Assembly (NCBI GenBank): GCA_015061915.1
Contig: SUVR01000001.1
Coordinates: 7,976 to 71,975, forward strand
Direction of reading: 5' to 3'
Length of the DNA stretch: 64,000 bases
Source: Lentisphaerota bacterium
GTDB taxonomy: Bacteria > Verrucomicrobiota > Lentisphaeria > Victivallales > UBA1829
This document shows, piece by piece, positions 48,421 to 58,655 of the stretch. Every line of letters starts with the position of its first letter. Position 1 is the stretch's first letter. Below the pieces are notes generated by a model. The model did no database searches. It was given only the letters and a program-made list of their open reading frames with translations, and was not told where the DNA came from. The translations under genes and the position numbers were made by a program.

Positions 48421-49097
48421 TTTTTTGTCTTCCGGTTAAAGTTTTTGCACAGATCCCGGATCTCGCAGTTGGTGCAGTCCGGACGCCGTGCGGGGCAGCG
48501 TGTCCGCCCGTGAATGATCAGCTGGTGGGAGAATTGGCTCCAGTATTCCGGGGGCAGGGCGCTGCAAAGGATCCGTTCGATCTCCACGGCATCTTCCGTT
48601 TTCACCAGCCCGATCAGATTGATGAGCCGGATCACATGGGTATCCACCGGCAGACCCGGCACCTCGAAAGCATCGCCCAGCACCACATTTGCGGTTTTTC
48701 TGCCCACACCGGGGAGGGTGATCAGGTCTTCCATCTGCTGCGGCACAACTCCGCCGAAACGTTCCACGATCCCCCGTGCCATACCGATGAGATTAGTCGC
48801 CTTTGCGTGATAAAATCCGCAGGGATGGATCATTTCTTCCAGTTCGTTCTGATCTGCCGCCGCCATTGCTTCCGGGGTGGGATATTTCTCAAATAAGGCG
48901 GGCGTGATGCTGTTGACTTTTTTATCCGTGCATTGAGCGGAAAGGATCGTTGCCGCCAGCAGCTGAAACGGCGTGGAATGGTCGAGACAGCACTCCAGTT
49001 CCCCGTAGCGGGCGTGGAGTCTCTCATAGATCGCAAGCAATGTGTTTTTCAGGTCGGATTTTCGCATAATAGAGCAATTTACCACGCAAGACGCCAT
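48417..49097 (-). CDS. nth: endonuclease III
   Basis: HhH-GPD LPGVGRKTANVVL and the 4Fe-4S cluster Cys pattern C..CPARRPDCTNCEIRDLC. The start may be ATG 49067. Confidence 0.88.
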   Translation of the reverse strand: MASCVVNCSIMRKSDLKNTLLAIYERLHARYGELECCLDHSTPFQLLAATILSAQCTDKKVNSITPALFEKYPTPEAMAAADQNELEEMIHPCGFYHAKATNLIGMARGIVERFGGVVPQQMEDLITLPGVGRKTANVVLGDAFEVPGLPVDTHVIRLINLIGLVKTEDAVEIERILCSALPPEYWSQFSHQLIIHGRTRCPARRPDCTNCEIRDLCKNFNRKTKK

Positions 49098-49183
49098 CTT
49101 TCAAGTGCCGGTGCTTGAAAAAACGCTGATTTTGCAGTATATTAAAGAATACTTCAGAACTTGTCAAGAAAGAAATACCAGTT

Positions 49184-50434
49184 ATGAAAATTTCCAATCT
49201 CACCCTCGGTCGATACGATTTTGCCGCATACGCATCCTTTACCGCTTACGCTCTCTGCTCTCTCGCCATTCCCATTGTGATCGTTTCCATGGCGAAGGAC
49301 CTGGACTTCCCGCTGGCGGAGGGCGGTATGGCGCAGGGCGGCGCACTTCATCTGGTCCGCAGTATTGCCATGATCGTGACCCTGCTCCTCTGCGGTCCCA
49401 TTGCCGGACGCTTCGGTAACCGTCTGACCCTCGGCACCGGGATGCTGTTTATGGGGATCGGCGTGCTGTTTTGTGCGCTTTCTCCGGTCTACTGGCTGCT
49501 GCTGCCTCTGCTGGCGATCGCCGGTCTGGGGGAAGGGATCTGCGAGGGCGTGGCGACTCCGTTCGTTCAGAATCTGCACCCGGATCAGCCGGAACGCTAT
49601 GTGAACATTGCCCACTCCTTCTGGTCGGTGGGGATCCTGGTCTGTGTGCTGCTTGCCGGCGGTCTGATCACCCTCGGTTTTGACTGGCGGATCGTTCTCG
49701 GCGGATGTGGTGTCCTTGCTCTGCTGGCGTCGCTGCTGGTCTGCTGGAAAGAGACCAAAGGCAAAGAATATCCCGAACGGAAAGAAAAAGTGAACCTGAA
49801 AGAAGTCTGGCAGCAGACGGTCAAAATCCACAAGACTCCCCGTTACTGGGTGTACTGCGCCGGAATGTTCATGGGTGCCGGCTCCGAATTCTGCCTTACA
49901 TTCTGGGCAGCCGCATATCTGGAATTGAATTTTGCCGCCACCACTTTTGTTGCCGGTCTCGGTACCGGAGCCATTGCGGCGGGGATGTTCCTCGGCAGAA
50001 CGGTATTCGGTTATTTTGCCAGCAAAAATGCACTCCCGAAGATCCTGCTTGCCTGCGGGCTCGGCACGATCCCCCTGTCTCTGGCGCTGGTCTTCCTCAA
50101 ACCGGATCTGTTCCCCAATGCCGCACTTATGTATGCAACCGTGTTCGTGCTGCTGTTCCTCTGCGGGATCGGGATCGCCCCCTACTGGCCCACCATGCAG
50201 GTACACGGTGTCAACAATATGCCGGAACTGGATTCCACATTGCTTTACATCTACTTCTCTGCGTGGGGCATCCCCGGCTGCGGATTCTTTACCTGGATCT
50301 TCGGCGTGGTGGGCGATTATTACAAGTCTCCCTGCGCAGCCGTGGTGCTGATCCCGGTTTCGCTGGTCGCATTCTCCCTGATCGTATTCTGTGAACACTG
50401 GGTCTTCAAAAACAAACGGAAACTTGCCGAATGA
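49184..50434 (+). CDS. MFS transporter
   Basis: 416 aa with about 12 hydrophobic segments. Confidence 0.75.
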   Translation: MKISNLTLGRYDFAAYASFTAYALCSLAIPIVIVSMAKDLDFPLAEGGMAQGGALHLVRSIAMIVTLLLCGPIAGRFGNRLTLGTGMLFMGIGVLFCALSPVYWLLLPLLAIAGLGEGICEGVATPFVQNLHPDQPERYVNIAHSFWSVGILVCVLLAGGLITLGFDWRIVLGGCGVLALLASLLVCWKETKGKEYPERKEKVNLKEVWQQTVKIHKTPRYWVYCAGMFMGAGSEFCLTFWAAAYLELNFAATTFVAGLGTGAIAAGMFLGRTVFGYFASKNALPKILLACGLGTIPLSLALVFLKPDLFPNAALMYATVFVLLFLCGIGIAPYWPTMQVHGVNNMPELDSTLLYIYFSAWGIPGCGFFTWIFGVVGDYYKSPCAAVVLIPVSLVAFSLIVFCEHWVFKNKRKLAE

Positions 50435-51135
50435 TGAGACTGGATAAATTTCTCTCCGAAGCCAGCTCGTACAGCCGAAAAGATGTGCGCGGGCTGGTCA
50501 AACGCAGCGCCGTTTCTGTCAATGGTTCCCCCGCCAAAACACCGGATATGAAGGTGGATGAGACGGCGGATACCGTCAGCGTCAATGGCGAAACGATCCG
50601 CTACCGGAAGTTTATTTATCTTATGCTGAACAAACCGCAGGGATACCTGAGCGCCACGGAAGACGATCACGATCCTGTGGTGGTGGATCTGGTGCCGGAG
50701 GATCTGAAACATTTTGCCCCGTTCCCCGTGGGAAGACTGGATAAGGACACGGAAGGTCTGCTTCTGCTGACCAACGACGGCAAGTTCGACCATGAACTTA
50801 TGTCGCCACGGAAAAATCTTTATAAACGCTACTATGCCGAACTGGACGCCCCTGCAGTTCCGGAGGATATTGATTCCTTCGCCGCCGGGATGGAGTTCAA
50901 GGAATTTACCGCCAAGCCCGCACGACTGGAGATCGATCCCGCCGACCCGAAAAAGGTGTATGTGGAGATCGCGGAAGGAAAGTTCCATCAGGTCAAACGG
51001 ATGTGCGAACGGGTCGGAAAAAATGTGCTGTTTCTGAAGCGGGTCGCCATCGGGGAACTGCAACTGGATGAAACTCTGCCCTGCGGAAGTGTCCGGGAAC
51101 TGACGGCGGAAGAACTTGCCCTTTTCGGCTGGTGA
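50431..51135 (+). CDS. rsuA: rRNA pseudouridine synthase (RsuA/RluB family, S4 domain)
   Basis: MRLDKFLSE S4 start and GRLDKDTEGLLLLTNDG catalytic Asp motif. Confidence 0.8.
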   Translation: MMRLDKFLSEASSYSRKDVRGLVKRSAVSVNGSPAKTPDMKVDETADTVSVNGETIRYRKFIYLMLNKPQGYLSATEDDHDPVVVDLVPEDLKHFAPFPVGRLDKDTEGLLLLTNDGKFDHELMSPRKNLYKRYYAELDAPAVPEDIDSFAAGMEFKEFTAKPARLEIDPADPKKVYVEIAEGKFHQVKRMCERVGKNVLFLKRVAIGELQLDETLPCGSVRELTAEELALFGW

Positions 51136-51247
51136 GCAGTAAAACGAATCCCGTTCTGCGGCAACTTTGCACTTTTTTTACTTTTTTTCCGTAAACCCGT
51201 TTGACATTTGACGCAATCGGGCTATATTATACACAGTTTCTACTTGA

Positions 51248-51323
51248 GGCGTGATGGTCGAGCGGCTAAGGCAACGGTCTGCAAAACCGGTTCTGGTGGG
51301 TTCAACTCCCACTCACGCCTCCA
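51248..51323 (+). tRNA. tRNA-Cys (GCA), CCA encoded
   Basis: Hand fold: acceptor GGCGTGA/TCACGCC, anticodon stem CGGT/ACCG with loop CTGCAAA, T arm GTGGG-TTCAACT-CCCAC, discriminator T plus CCA. 76 nt. Confidence 0.85.
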
Positions 51324-51327
51324 TTTT

Positions 51328-51692
51328 GTTTTTAAACCCCGGATGCGACCGATGTACTACGTATATATTCTGCACCTTGCCAATAATCAGTTATACACGG
51401 GGTACACAGCCGACTTGAAACGACGCCTTCACGAACATCAGAATGGCAAATCAGATTTTACCTCTAAGCATCTTCCGGTGAAGCTGATCCATTACGAAGC
51501 CTATGCTTTGGAATCGGATGCAAGACGCCGGGAACATTTTTTGAAAACAACAGAGGGAAAGCGTCTTCTGCACCAGCAACTCCGCGATCTTTTAAGAACT
51601 TTTCCCCGCCCGGAAGAGTAACGGGTTCACCATGTCATCCGACATGGTGCCGTATCGGCTGATACGGCAACTCCCACTCACGCCTCCATTTT
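51328..51692 (+). mobile_element. mini-insertion at the tRNA-Cys 3' end carrying the GIY-YIG gene, bounded by a 25-bp direct repeat
   Basis: CAACTCCCACTCACGCCTCCATTTT occurs at 51303..51327 (the true tRNA 3' end) and again at 51668..51692. No integrase lies between the copies. Confidence 0.6.
51352..51621 (+). CDS. small stand-alone GIY-YIG nuclease-domain protein
   Basis: MYYVYILHLANNQLYTGYTADLKRRLHEHQNG (GIY/YIG motifs and conserved Arg). About 89 aa, with an alternative ATG at 51343. The ORF-track start 51208 reads through the tRNA. Confidence 0.8.
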   Translation: MYYVYILHLANNQLYTGYTADLKRRLHEHQNGKSDFTSKHLPVKLIHYEAYALESDARRREHFLKTTEGKRLLHQQLRDLLRTFPRPEE

Positions 51693-51694
51693 TT

Positions 51695-51712
51695 TGCCCT
51701 GATTTCAGGGCA
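51695..51712. terminator. bidirectional terminator hairpin (probable original tRNA-Cys terminator)
   Basis: T-run, TGCCCTGA-TT-TCAGGGCA, A-run, immediately after the second repeat copy. Confidence 0.6.
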
Positions 51713-51944
51713 CAAAAAACGAAGACGCAAGTCTTCCCTTCACCGTGCCGTCAGGCACAACTTCATATCTTCATGCGGCAGTCCGCACCCATCCACACTC
51801 CTTTAAAACAAAATCGGGATTGCGAACGCCGTAAGGCGGAGCAATCCCTGTAAATGTTTTTGGAAAAAGGGGTGCGGGGAAAATGACCTTTTGCAAAAGG
51901 TCTTTGCCCCGCGAAATCTTATCCGTTTTCCCGTCAAAACCGCC

Positions 51945-53516
51945 TTACTGCTTCAGCAGTGCGGCGTCGTGGGGCATCACGGTAATGACATATTTCCGTT
52001 TGCCCAGATCCTGCAGCAGTTCTTCGGCGTCCTGTTCCGGATCCAGCCCCATATCCTCAAACTTGACCGTGACCGGTTCATTGGTGGTATTGAGTACAGC
52101 GCCGGCTTTTCTGCCGTCGATGGTTCCGGAGAATGCCACGGGCCAGCAGCCTGTGCCCCAGTGACCGGCGGGACGGAAATCCCGCATCCGGATCTGCGCG
52201 GACTTGCCCAGCAGTTCCAGACGGTCGGCGGCGATGGTGTTCAGGTTGTCGCTGGTAATGGAAACGCCGGTCATGATGCCGGTCATAATGGAGAGACGGT
52301 TGTCGCCGATACTGGCGGTGGACCGGTCCTGACGGGCGATGACCACGTCCGGATCGCAGCGGAAGAACTTATCGAACATCCACCAGCGTGCGAAGTTGGT
52401 CTTTGTTACGTGATCGATGGCGTTGCGGCAGGCGCGGGTATCGTTGGAGATACGGGCGCCGTCGATATAACCGAGACACGCCATGAACGGGGGACAGCAT
52501 CCCAGCAGATAGCTGTCCGGCACGGCTTCGCGGATCGCTTTCATACCCAGACGGAATGCGCTCAGAGGCGTGGCGCTGGGATCGCTGCGTTTGCCGTCCA
52601 TCAGACCGAATCCGAGACCATCCATCTTGAAGTAAGTGATCCCCCACTTCCGGAAGGTCTGGAACACATTTTTGAGATGTTCCTGCACGGCGGGGATGGT
52701 GGTATCCAGACACACCCACAGGTCATCGGGCGGGGGAGACCAGCCTTTGCTGACTTTGGGGTTTCCGTTTTCGTCCTTCACGAACCAGTCCGGATGTTCC
52801 CGGAAGACGCGGCTGGCGGTGGAGGCGAGGAAGGGCATGAGCCAGATCCCGGCACGCATACCGGAATCGGTCATGCGTTTTGCAATTTCCGGCAGGGGCG
52901 TGGGCCAGGTTTCGTCCTGATCGTTCCAGTCGCCCTGGAATGTCTGGTAACCGTCGTCGATCTGCACCACATCTGCAGCGTAGCAGGAGGAGCGATGCTT
53001 TGCCATGGCGTCGAGATTTTCCAGCAGATCTTTTTCGGTGACATCGGCATAGTAGTAATACCAGGTGCAGTAACCGGTGAGGTTTTTGCCTTCGCCGAAC
53101 TTGGGCAGATTGTTCCGTTCTGCCACGATCGTTGCGTAGTCTTCCAGCAGTTTCTTCCAGTCATTGCCCCGGAGAACGACCACTTCTTCCGGCGTTTCGC
53201 CTTCCATGATATCCGGCTGACGCACTTCGATTTTGTGCTGGTTCGCCGCCTTCTTGATGAGGGTGAAGAATGTAAACGAACGGTATGCCGTCACTGCGCC
53301 CGCCAGAAGGTAGGTGTTGCTGACTTCATCCCCCACCACGATCACGTCATCGCTGGTATATTCGGTGTCGAAACCGGCGGTGTAGATGGTGCAGGAGGGT
53401 TCTGCCAGAAAGCCCATATTGTTGCACTGGCGGTACATGAAATTGGATCCCGGCGGAAGGTCCAGCAGGATCTCCCGGCGATAGAAATTCTTGACCGGTC
53501 TGAGTTCGCTGTTCAT
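51945..53516 (-). CDS. GH36-like alpha-galactosidase
   Basis: CTWYYYYADVTEKDL...VVQIDDGYQ...GIWLMPF resemble GH36/melibiase catalytic-domain motifs. 523 aa. Confidence 0.65.
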   Translation of the reverse strand: MNSELRPVKNFYRREILLDLPPGSNFMYRQCNNMGFLAEPSCTIYTAGFDTEYTSDDVIVVGDEVSNTYLLAGAVTAYRSFTFFTLIKKAANQHKIEVRQPDIMEGETPEEVVVLRGNDWKKLLEDYATIVAERNNLPKFGEGKNLTGYCTWYYYYADVTEKDLLENLDAMAKHRSSCYAADVVQIDDGYQTFQGDWNDQDETWPTPLPEIAKRMTDSGMRAGIWLMPFLASTASRVFREHPDWFVKDENGNPKVSKGWSPPPDDLWVCLDTTIPAVQEHLKNVFQTFRKWGITYFKMDGLGFGLMDGKRSDPSATPLSAFRLGMKAIREAVPDSYLLGCCPPFMACLGYIDGARISNDTRACRNAIDHVTKTNFARWWMFDKFFRCDPDVVIARQDRSTASIGDNRLSIMTGIMTGVSITSDNLNTIAADRLELLGKSAQIRMRDFRPAGHWGTGCWPVAFSGTIDGRKAGAVLNTTNEPVTVKFEDMGLDPEQDAEELLQDLGKRKYVITVMPHDAALLKQ

Positions 53517-53528
53517 CTCGTTTTCTCC

Positions 53529-55217
53529 TTACTTTGCGGCGATTTTTGCCCAGGAATCCTTGAGGGTGACCGTGCGGTTGAACACCGGTTTGCTGCCGGG
53601 AACGTGATCTTTTTCATCTGCACAGAAGTAGCCGATCCGTTCAAACTGACACTTGAAGCCGGGTTCGACGGTGCCGAGGGAGGGTTCCAGTTTGGCAGTG
53701 ACGATCTTCAGGGATTCCGGGTTCAGGAATTCCTTGTAGTCCTTGTCTTCCGGGATCGCATTGGTATCGGCAATGGTGAACAGGCGGTCGTACAGGCGTG
53801 CTTCGGCGTCTACTGCGTGGGCTGCGGAGACCCAGTGAATGGTGCCTTTGACCTTGCGTCCATCGGGAGCGTTGCCGCCCTTTGTTTCGGGATCGTAGGT
53901 GCAATGGATCACGCTGACTTCGCCGTTTTCGTCCTTTTCCACACCGGTACAGGTCACAAAGTAGGCGCAGCGGAGACGCACTTCCTTGCCCGGAGCCAGA
54001 CGGTGGAACTGCTTGATGGGTTCTTCCATGAAGTCGTCCCGTTCAATATAGAGTTCACCGGAGAAGGGCACTTTGCGGCTTCCGGCTTCCGGATCTTCCG
54101 GGTTGTTGATGACTTCCATCTCTTCGACCTGACCGGCAGGATAGTTGTCAATGACCAGTCTGACCGGGTTCATGACCGCCATTCTGCGCTGGGATGTCTT
54201 GTTGAGGTTTTCCCGGATACAGTGTTCCAAGAGCGCAACGTCCGTCAGACTGTTGAATTTGGTGATCCCGATCTTTTCGCAGAAATCCCGGAGTGCTTCC
54301 GGGGGAACGCCGCGGCGGCGGAAGGCGCAGACCGTAGGCATACGGGGATCGTCCCAGCCGTTGACGTAGTGTGTTTCCACCAGTTCACGGAGTTTGCGTT
54401 TGCTCATAACCGTGTAGGAGAGAGCAAGACGGGCGAATTCGATCTGGCGGGGCTTGGACGGGGTATCCAGATTTTCGATGAACCAATCGTACAGGGGACG
54501 GTGGATCTCAAATTCCAGGGTGCAGATGGAGTGGGTGATCCCTTCAATGGCGTCTTCCAGCGGATGCGCAAAGTCGTAGAGCGGGTACACGCACCAGGTA
54601 TTGCCGGTGTTGTGATGTTCGGCATGACGGATCCGGTAGATCGCCGGGTCACGCATATGCATATTGGGATGAGCCATATCGATCTTTGCACGCAGGACCT
54701 TGCTGCCGTCGGGGAACTCACCGTTTTTCATCCGGGTGAAGAGATCCAGGTTTTCTTCCACGGAGCGGTCCCGGTAGGGGCTGGGCTTGCCGGGGGTGGT
54801 CAGGTTGCCCTTGTATTCTTTGAACTCATCGTCCGTGAGTTCGCAAACATATGCCTTGCCCTGTTTGATCAGATCCACAGCGTAATTATACATCTGCCCG
54901 AAATAGTCGGATGCGTGGTAGAGGCGGTCTTCCCAGTCTGCTCCCAGCCACTTCACGTCATTGAGAATGGACTGGACAAATTCCGTGTCTTCCTTCGTGG
55001 GGTTGGTGTCGTCCATACGCAGGTTGAATTTACCGCCGTACTTGACTGCAGTCAGGTAGTCCATATAGATCGCTTTTGCGTGACCGATATGGAGATAACC
55101 GTTCGGTTCCGGCGGGAAACGGGTAATGACTTTGCCGCCGTTTTTTCCTGCTGCCAGATCTTCTTCAATGATCGCGTGAATAAAATTCACGGGTGCTTCT
55201 GTGGTTGTTTCACTCAT
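53529..55217 (-). CDS. glnS: glutamine--tRNA ligase
   Basis: [17 protein letters not shown] (HIGH) and VMSKRKL (KMSKS-like). 562 aa. Confidence 0.92.
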   Translation of the reverse strand: MSETTTEAPVNFIHAIIEEDLAAGKNGGKVITRFPPEPNGYLHIGHAKAIYMDYLTAVKYGGKFNLRMDDTNPTKEDTEFVQSILNDVKWLGADWEDRLYHASDYFGQMYNYAVDLIKQGKAYVCELTDDEFKEYKGNLTTPGKPSPYRDRSVEENLDLFTRMKNGEFPDGSKVLRAKIDMAHPNMHMRDPAIYRIRHAEHHNTGNTWCVYPLYDFAHPLEDAIEGITHSICTLEFEIHRPLYDWFIENLDTPSKPRQIEFARLALSYTVMSKRKLRELVETHYVNGWDDPRMPTVCAFRRRGVPPEALRDFCEKIGITKFNSLTDVALLEHCIRENLNKTSQRRMAVMNPVRLVIDNYPAGQVEEMEVINNPEDPEAGSRKVPFSGELYIERDDFMEEPIKQFHRLAPGKEVRLRCAYFVTCTGVEKDENGEVSVIHCTYDPETKGGNAPDGRKVKGTIHWVSAAHAVDAEARLYDRLFTIADTNAIPEDKDYKEFLNPESLKIVTAKLEPSLGTVEPGFKCQFERIGYFCADEKDHVPGSKPVFNRTVTLKDSWAKIAAK

Positions 55218-55291
55218 GTTGTTCTTTCCGGCGTCTGTCCGTTGCGGGATTTCTGCCTGATATTTGTTTGTATGTTTAGAATCTTTCTAAC

Positions 55292-56506
55292 TTACTTCAA
55301 GCCCATTTTCCGGAGCAGTTCCTCTTCTTTTTTCGCTGTGGAAGCGGGAACATCAGAAGAATTGTATTGCTCCGGGTCAAAATCCGGATTTTCCAGCACG
55401 TCATCCGCTTCATCCAGTGCGGATGAAAGACTTTCCTCCGGCGTGACGGCGGGCGTGAACCCGTTACCTGCGGAGATGGAGAAACTTGCAGACCGGAAAC
55501 GGGGGGAAAATGCGATTCCCTGTTCTTCCTTCTTTTCCGGTTCGGAAACGGTTTCCTCTGCTGCCGGAGTTTCCGGTTCTTCCGCTGTCTGTTGTGCCTG
55601 AGCCAGCTTTTCCTGTTCGAGCATCTTGACTACAACAGACTTCCGGATCGCCTCGTTGTCGTTGGCACGGAGACGGTCGATCAGTGCTTTCTGGGAACCG
55701 AGATAACCTTCTTCGTCGATCTCTGCGATCCGTGCTTTTTTCATCAGTTTTGCAGAGGGCGGTTCGCAGGGGATACCCCGTACTTTGCAGTCGATATAGT
55801 TGACGAACTGCAGCAATGCCGTTTCAAAAACGAATGTTTCCGGGGGATCGTCATCGTGATTATGGTGCTGTTCCACGACCCGCCAGACAGCTTCGCTGAA
55901 GCCCCATGCTTTGAGCAGTTCGGCACCGGCTTTTGCATGATCGATCTGCAGCACGGCATTTTCCAGCTTGTAGAGGGGAACTTCGCTGCTGGCATTGGCA
56001 TGATTTTCCACCAGCTTGTACTTTTTCGGAGACCAGTCCCGGAATACGTTTTTACCAATGTCGTGCAAATGTGCCGCCCGGATCAGTTCCGGATTGTCGA
56101 TCCCGTTGTCGTCCAAAATACTTTCCATAAGGATCCGGCAGGAGTATGCGTGATTCCATTCCTGCACTTCCCGGTCACCGAATGTTTCCAGAATGTGCGG
56201 CACGTAAGTCAGCGTCTGGATCCGGTCAATGGGCAGCATGGCGGCTGCATCCAGTGGAGAGGTGGGGTTGACGCCGGGGAAGGAACGGTAAAAGATCCGG
56301 AGCATCTGCGCCAGCATCACGTGGTCATGAGCAAAACAGTTGGCGACGGCGGTCAGATCCACCGGTTCTGTCTTGAGGATCGTGGAAAGTTCCAGCATAG
56401 TACAGGAGGGCAGGGGGAGCGATTCCAGTTCTTTGATCCTTGCCTGAAGCAGCTTCTGTTCCAGCTGTGATGTCTTCGGTATATCTTTGATCAGGTTGTT
56501 TATCAT
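55292..56506 (-). CDS. HDOD-domain signalling protein with a long acidic, low-complexity C-terminal tail
   Basis: HDOD-like core (AHLHDIGK). The C-terminal ~110 aa are rich in E/P/A/S. Start at ATG 56506 behind GGGAG. Confidence 0.65.
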   Translation of the reverse strand: MINNLIKDIPKTSQLEQKLLQARIKELESLPLPSCTMLELSTILKTEPVDLTAVANCFAHDHVMLAQMLRIFYRSFPGVNPTSPLDAAAMLPIDRIQTLTYVPHILETFGDREVQEWNHAYSCRILMESILDDNGIDNPELIRAAHLHDIGKNVFRDWSPKKYKLVENHANASSEVPLYKLENAVLQIDHAKAGAELLKAWGFSEAVWRVVEQHHNHDDDPPETFVFETALLQFVNYIDCKVRGIPCEPPSAKLMKKARIAEIDEEGYLGSQKALIDRLRANDNEAIRKSVVVKMLEQEKLAQAQQTAEEPETPAAEETVSEPEKKEEQGIAFSPRFRSASFSISAGNGFTPAVTPEESLSSALDEADDVLENPDFDPEQYNSSDVPASTAKKEEELLRKMGLK

Positions 56507-56700
56507 TTTTTTCTCCCATCGTATGAGATTTTTGTTCAACCTATACTATAATTGTAAATCGGAGAAAAAGCAACTGCGCACCGGTAAAAAAGAATAAAAT
56601 TTTTTGCCTTTTAAATTGGATTTTTCTGAAAAACAGTGCATATTATTCCCTGAGACTGTACATGAAGTATGGCTTGAAAACAGATTGCTGTGCCAGGATT

Positions 56701-57915
56701 ATGAAAAAAGACGTTTTTGAAATTGATATCAATGCCTTCGCGTTCGGCGGTGCCGGCGTAGGAAAACTCCCCGATGGAAAAGTGTGTTTCGTGCGCGGTG
56801 CCGCACCCGGTGAAAAAGTTTCCATCGAGGTGACAGATGATAAGTCCAGTTTCGCTTACGGAAAGCTCCTTTCCGTGGTGCAGACTGTACGGACACGGAT
56901 CACTCCCGAATGTCCCCTGGCGATCAATGGAAAAGATAACGGTATGTGCTGCCCCGGTTGTTCTTACGGACACGTGGATTACGAAACCGAACTGGCATGG
57001 AAACAGCGCCAGCTGGAGGGGTTCCTTCTGCGAAGCGGGCTGACCACACGCAGCCGGTTCCGTCCGCCGGTCCCCGCTCCCGCCCGGTATGGATGGCGCA
57101 ACAAGATCCGCCTGACTGCCGAAAATGGAAAACTGGGGTACAAAGGCGATGACAATACCACTGTGCTGGATGTGCCGGAATGTCCCCTCGCCAGACGCAG
57201 TATCAATGAGGCTCTTGCAGCGTACCGGGCGGGTGAACCCGTTGCCGGTGCCAGCCACCTGACTTTCCGCTGGACTTTGCGGGACGGCGTGAAGATCCGT
57301 CCGAATACAGAGACTCCCTCCGATCGTTTTCTCTGCGAGCAGCTGGGCGCTCACGGTGACTTTTTTGTGCCGGAAAATTCGTTCTTTCAGATCAACGTTC
57401 CTATGGCATCGAAGTTGGCAACTGCTGCTGCGGACCGGGTGAAAGCAGGCGGTGCGGAATTTCTGCTGGAACTGTTCTGCGGCGTTGGTGTTCTTTCGAT
57501 CGCTGCAGCGCAGAAGATCGATTCCCTCAAAGTGCGCGGGATCGAACTGGATAAACTGGCGATCAAGGCGGCGAAGCTGAATGCTTCCCGGCATGGTCTT
57601 GCCGCACGCTGCCGTTATGAAGCGGGCGATGCAGAAGCGCAGTTCCAGTCCTTTGCCCGGTCCATGCCTGCGGAAAAGACGATGATCCTGGTGGACCCGC
57701 CCCGCTGTGGTATGTCTGCCGGACTTTGCAAAAAGATCCTGGCATACAAGCCGAAAATGGTCCTTTACATCTCCTGCGCTCCGGATACGCTCCGGCGGGA
57801 TCTGGAGATCATGACCCGCTCCGGACTGTATGAAGTGTGCGATGTGCAGCTCTTTGACCTGTTCCCCGCCACCGCTCACTTCGAGACGATGACCGTCCTG
57901 CGGAGAAAGTGCTGA
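56701..57915 (+). CDS. TRAM-domain RNA (uracil-C5)-methyltransferase (RlmD/RumA-TrmA family)
   Basis: N-terminal TRAM-like fold, a Cys cluster (CCPGC), the SAM-MTase core and C-terminal YISCAPDTLRRD. Confidence 0.8.
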   Translation: MKKDVFEIDINAFAFGGAGVGKLPDGKVCFVRGAAPGEKVSIEVTDDKSSFAYGKLLSVVQTVRTRITPECPLAINGKDNGMCCPGCSYGHVDYETELAWKQRQLEGFLLRSGLTTRSRFRPPVPAPARYGWRNKIRLTAENGKLGYKGDDNTTVLDVPECPLARRSINEALAAYRAGEPVAGASHLTFRWTLRDGVKIRPNTETPSDRFLCEQLGAHGDFFVPENSFFQINVPMASKLATAAADRVKAGGAEFLLELFCGVGVLSIAAAQKIDSLKVRGIELDKLAIKAAKLNASRHGLAARCRYEAGDAEAQFQSFARSMPAEKTMILVDPPRCGMSAGLCKKILAYKPKMVLYISCAPDTLRRDLEIMTRSGLYEVCDVQLFDLFPATAHFETMTVLRRKC

Positions 57916-57917
57916 CT

Positions 57918-58655
57918 ATGCCGGTGAACGCGGATACCCGTATCGGACACCGGAAACGGCTGCGGGAAAAATATCTGCTTGCCGGACCGGACGCTTTCCT
58001 GGATTATGAGATCCTGGAACTGCTCCTTTCTTATGCCATGGCACGGCGCGATGTAAAGCCTATGGCAAAACAGCTGATGGAAAAATACAGAAGTCTGGAT
58101 AAGATCATTGATGCAGAAGTTTCGGATCTGGCTTCCACTCCAGGTATCGGTGAAAATTCCGCAATCCTCATCAAATTGATCCGGTCTCTTATGGTCCGGT
58201 ATCTCGGTCAACGGATCAAGGAGGAGGATTTTATGGAAGATTCCGAGGCGTTTTGTGATTATGCCCGCACCCGGCTCGGTGAGGCGCCGGAAGAAAATAT
58301 GCTGGTCTTCTACCTCAATGCAAGAAATATGCTGATCCATACGGAAATCATCAGTCGCGGCGGAACCGATTGCGTTGTGGTGTTTCCCACGGAAGTGGCG
58401 AAGCACGCTTTGCTGCAATCGGCAAAATCGGTCGTAATGTGTCACAATCACCCCAGCGGGATCGTTTCTCCGTCACAACAGGATAACATTGTGACGCGCG
58501 AAGTCCGCCTCGCTTTGGAGCCCCTGAAGATCAACCTGCTGGATCACCTCATCGTTTCAAAATATGGTTATCACAGCTACCGTTTTGCCGATCGGGAACG
58601 ACCGCCCGCTTTCCGGATGCTGGGACCGTTGGGAAAGGAGCCGGATAAATTATGA
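57918..58655 (+). CDS. radC: RadC-family JAB/MPN-domain protein
   Basis: HNHPSG JAMM motif and HhH N-terminal region. Confidence 0.85.
   Translation: MPVNADTRIGHRKRLREKYLLAGPDAFLDYEILELLLSYAMARRDVKPMAKQLMEKYRSLDKIIDAEVSDLASTPGIGENSAILIKLIRSLMVRYLGQRIKEEDFMEDSEAFCDYARTRLGEAPEENMLVFYLNARNMLIHTEIISRGGTDCVVVFPTEVAKHALLQSAKSVVMCHNHPSGIVSPSQQDNIVTREVRLALEPLKINLLDHLIVSKYGYHSYRFADRERPPAFRMLGPLGKEPDKL

Noticed and set aside
51622-51692. A possible second tRNA or tRNA-like gene ending in ...CAACTCCCACTCACGCCTCCA.
   Set aside because: Only the 3' 21 nt match tRNA-Cys. There is no 5' acceptor partner (GGCGTGA), no D arm and no anticodon arm. The two upstream hairpins do not fit a cloverleaf. It is interpreted as the duplicated att-like end.
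51891-55601. A 1236-aa plus-strand ORF, the longest in the track.
   Set aside because: It runs antisense to the GH36-like gene and glnS and into the HDOD gene, and crosses two intergenic gaps. Its translation is low-complexity (G/V/A/D/H/F-rich) with no motif, while the minus-strand genes have clear catalytic motifs. It is a shadow ORF produced by codon bias.
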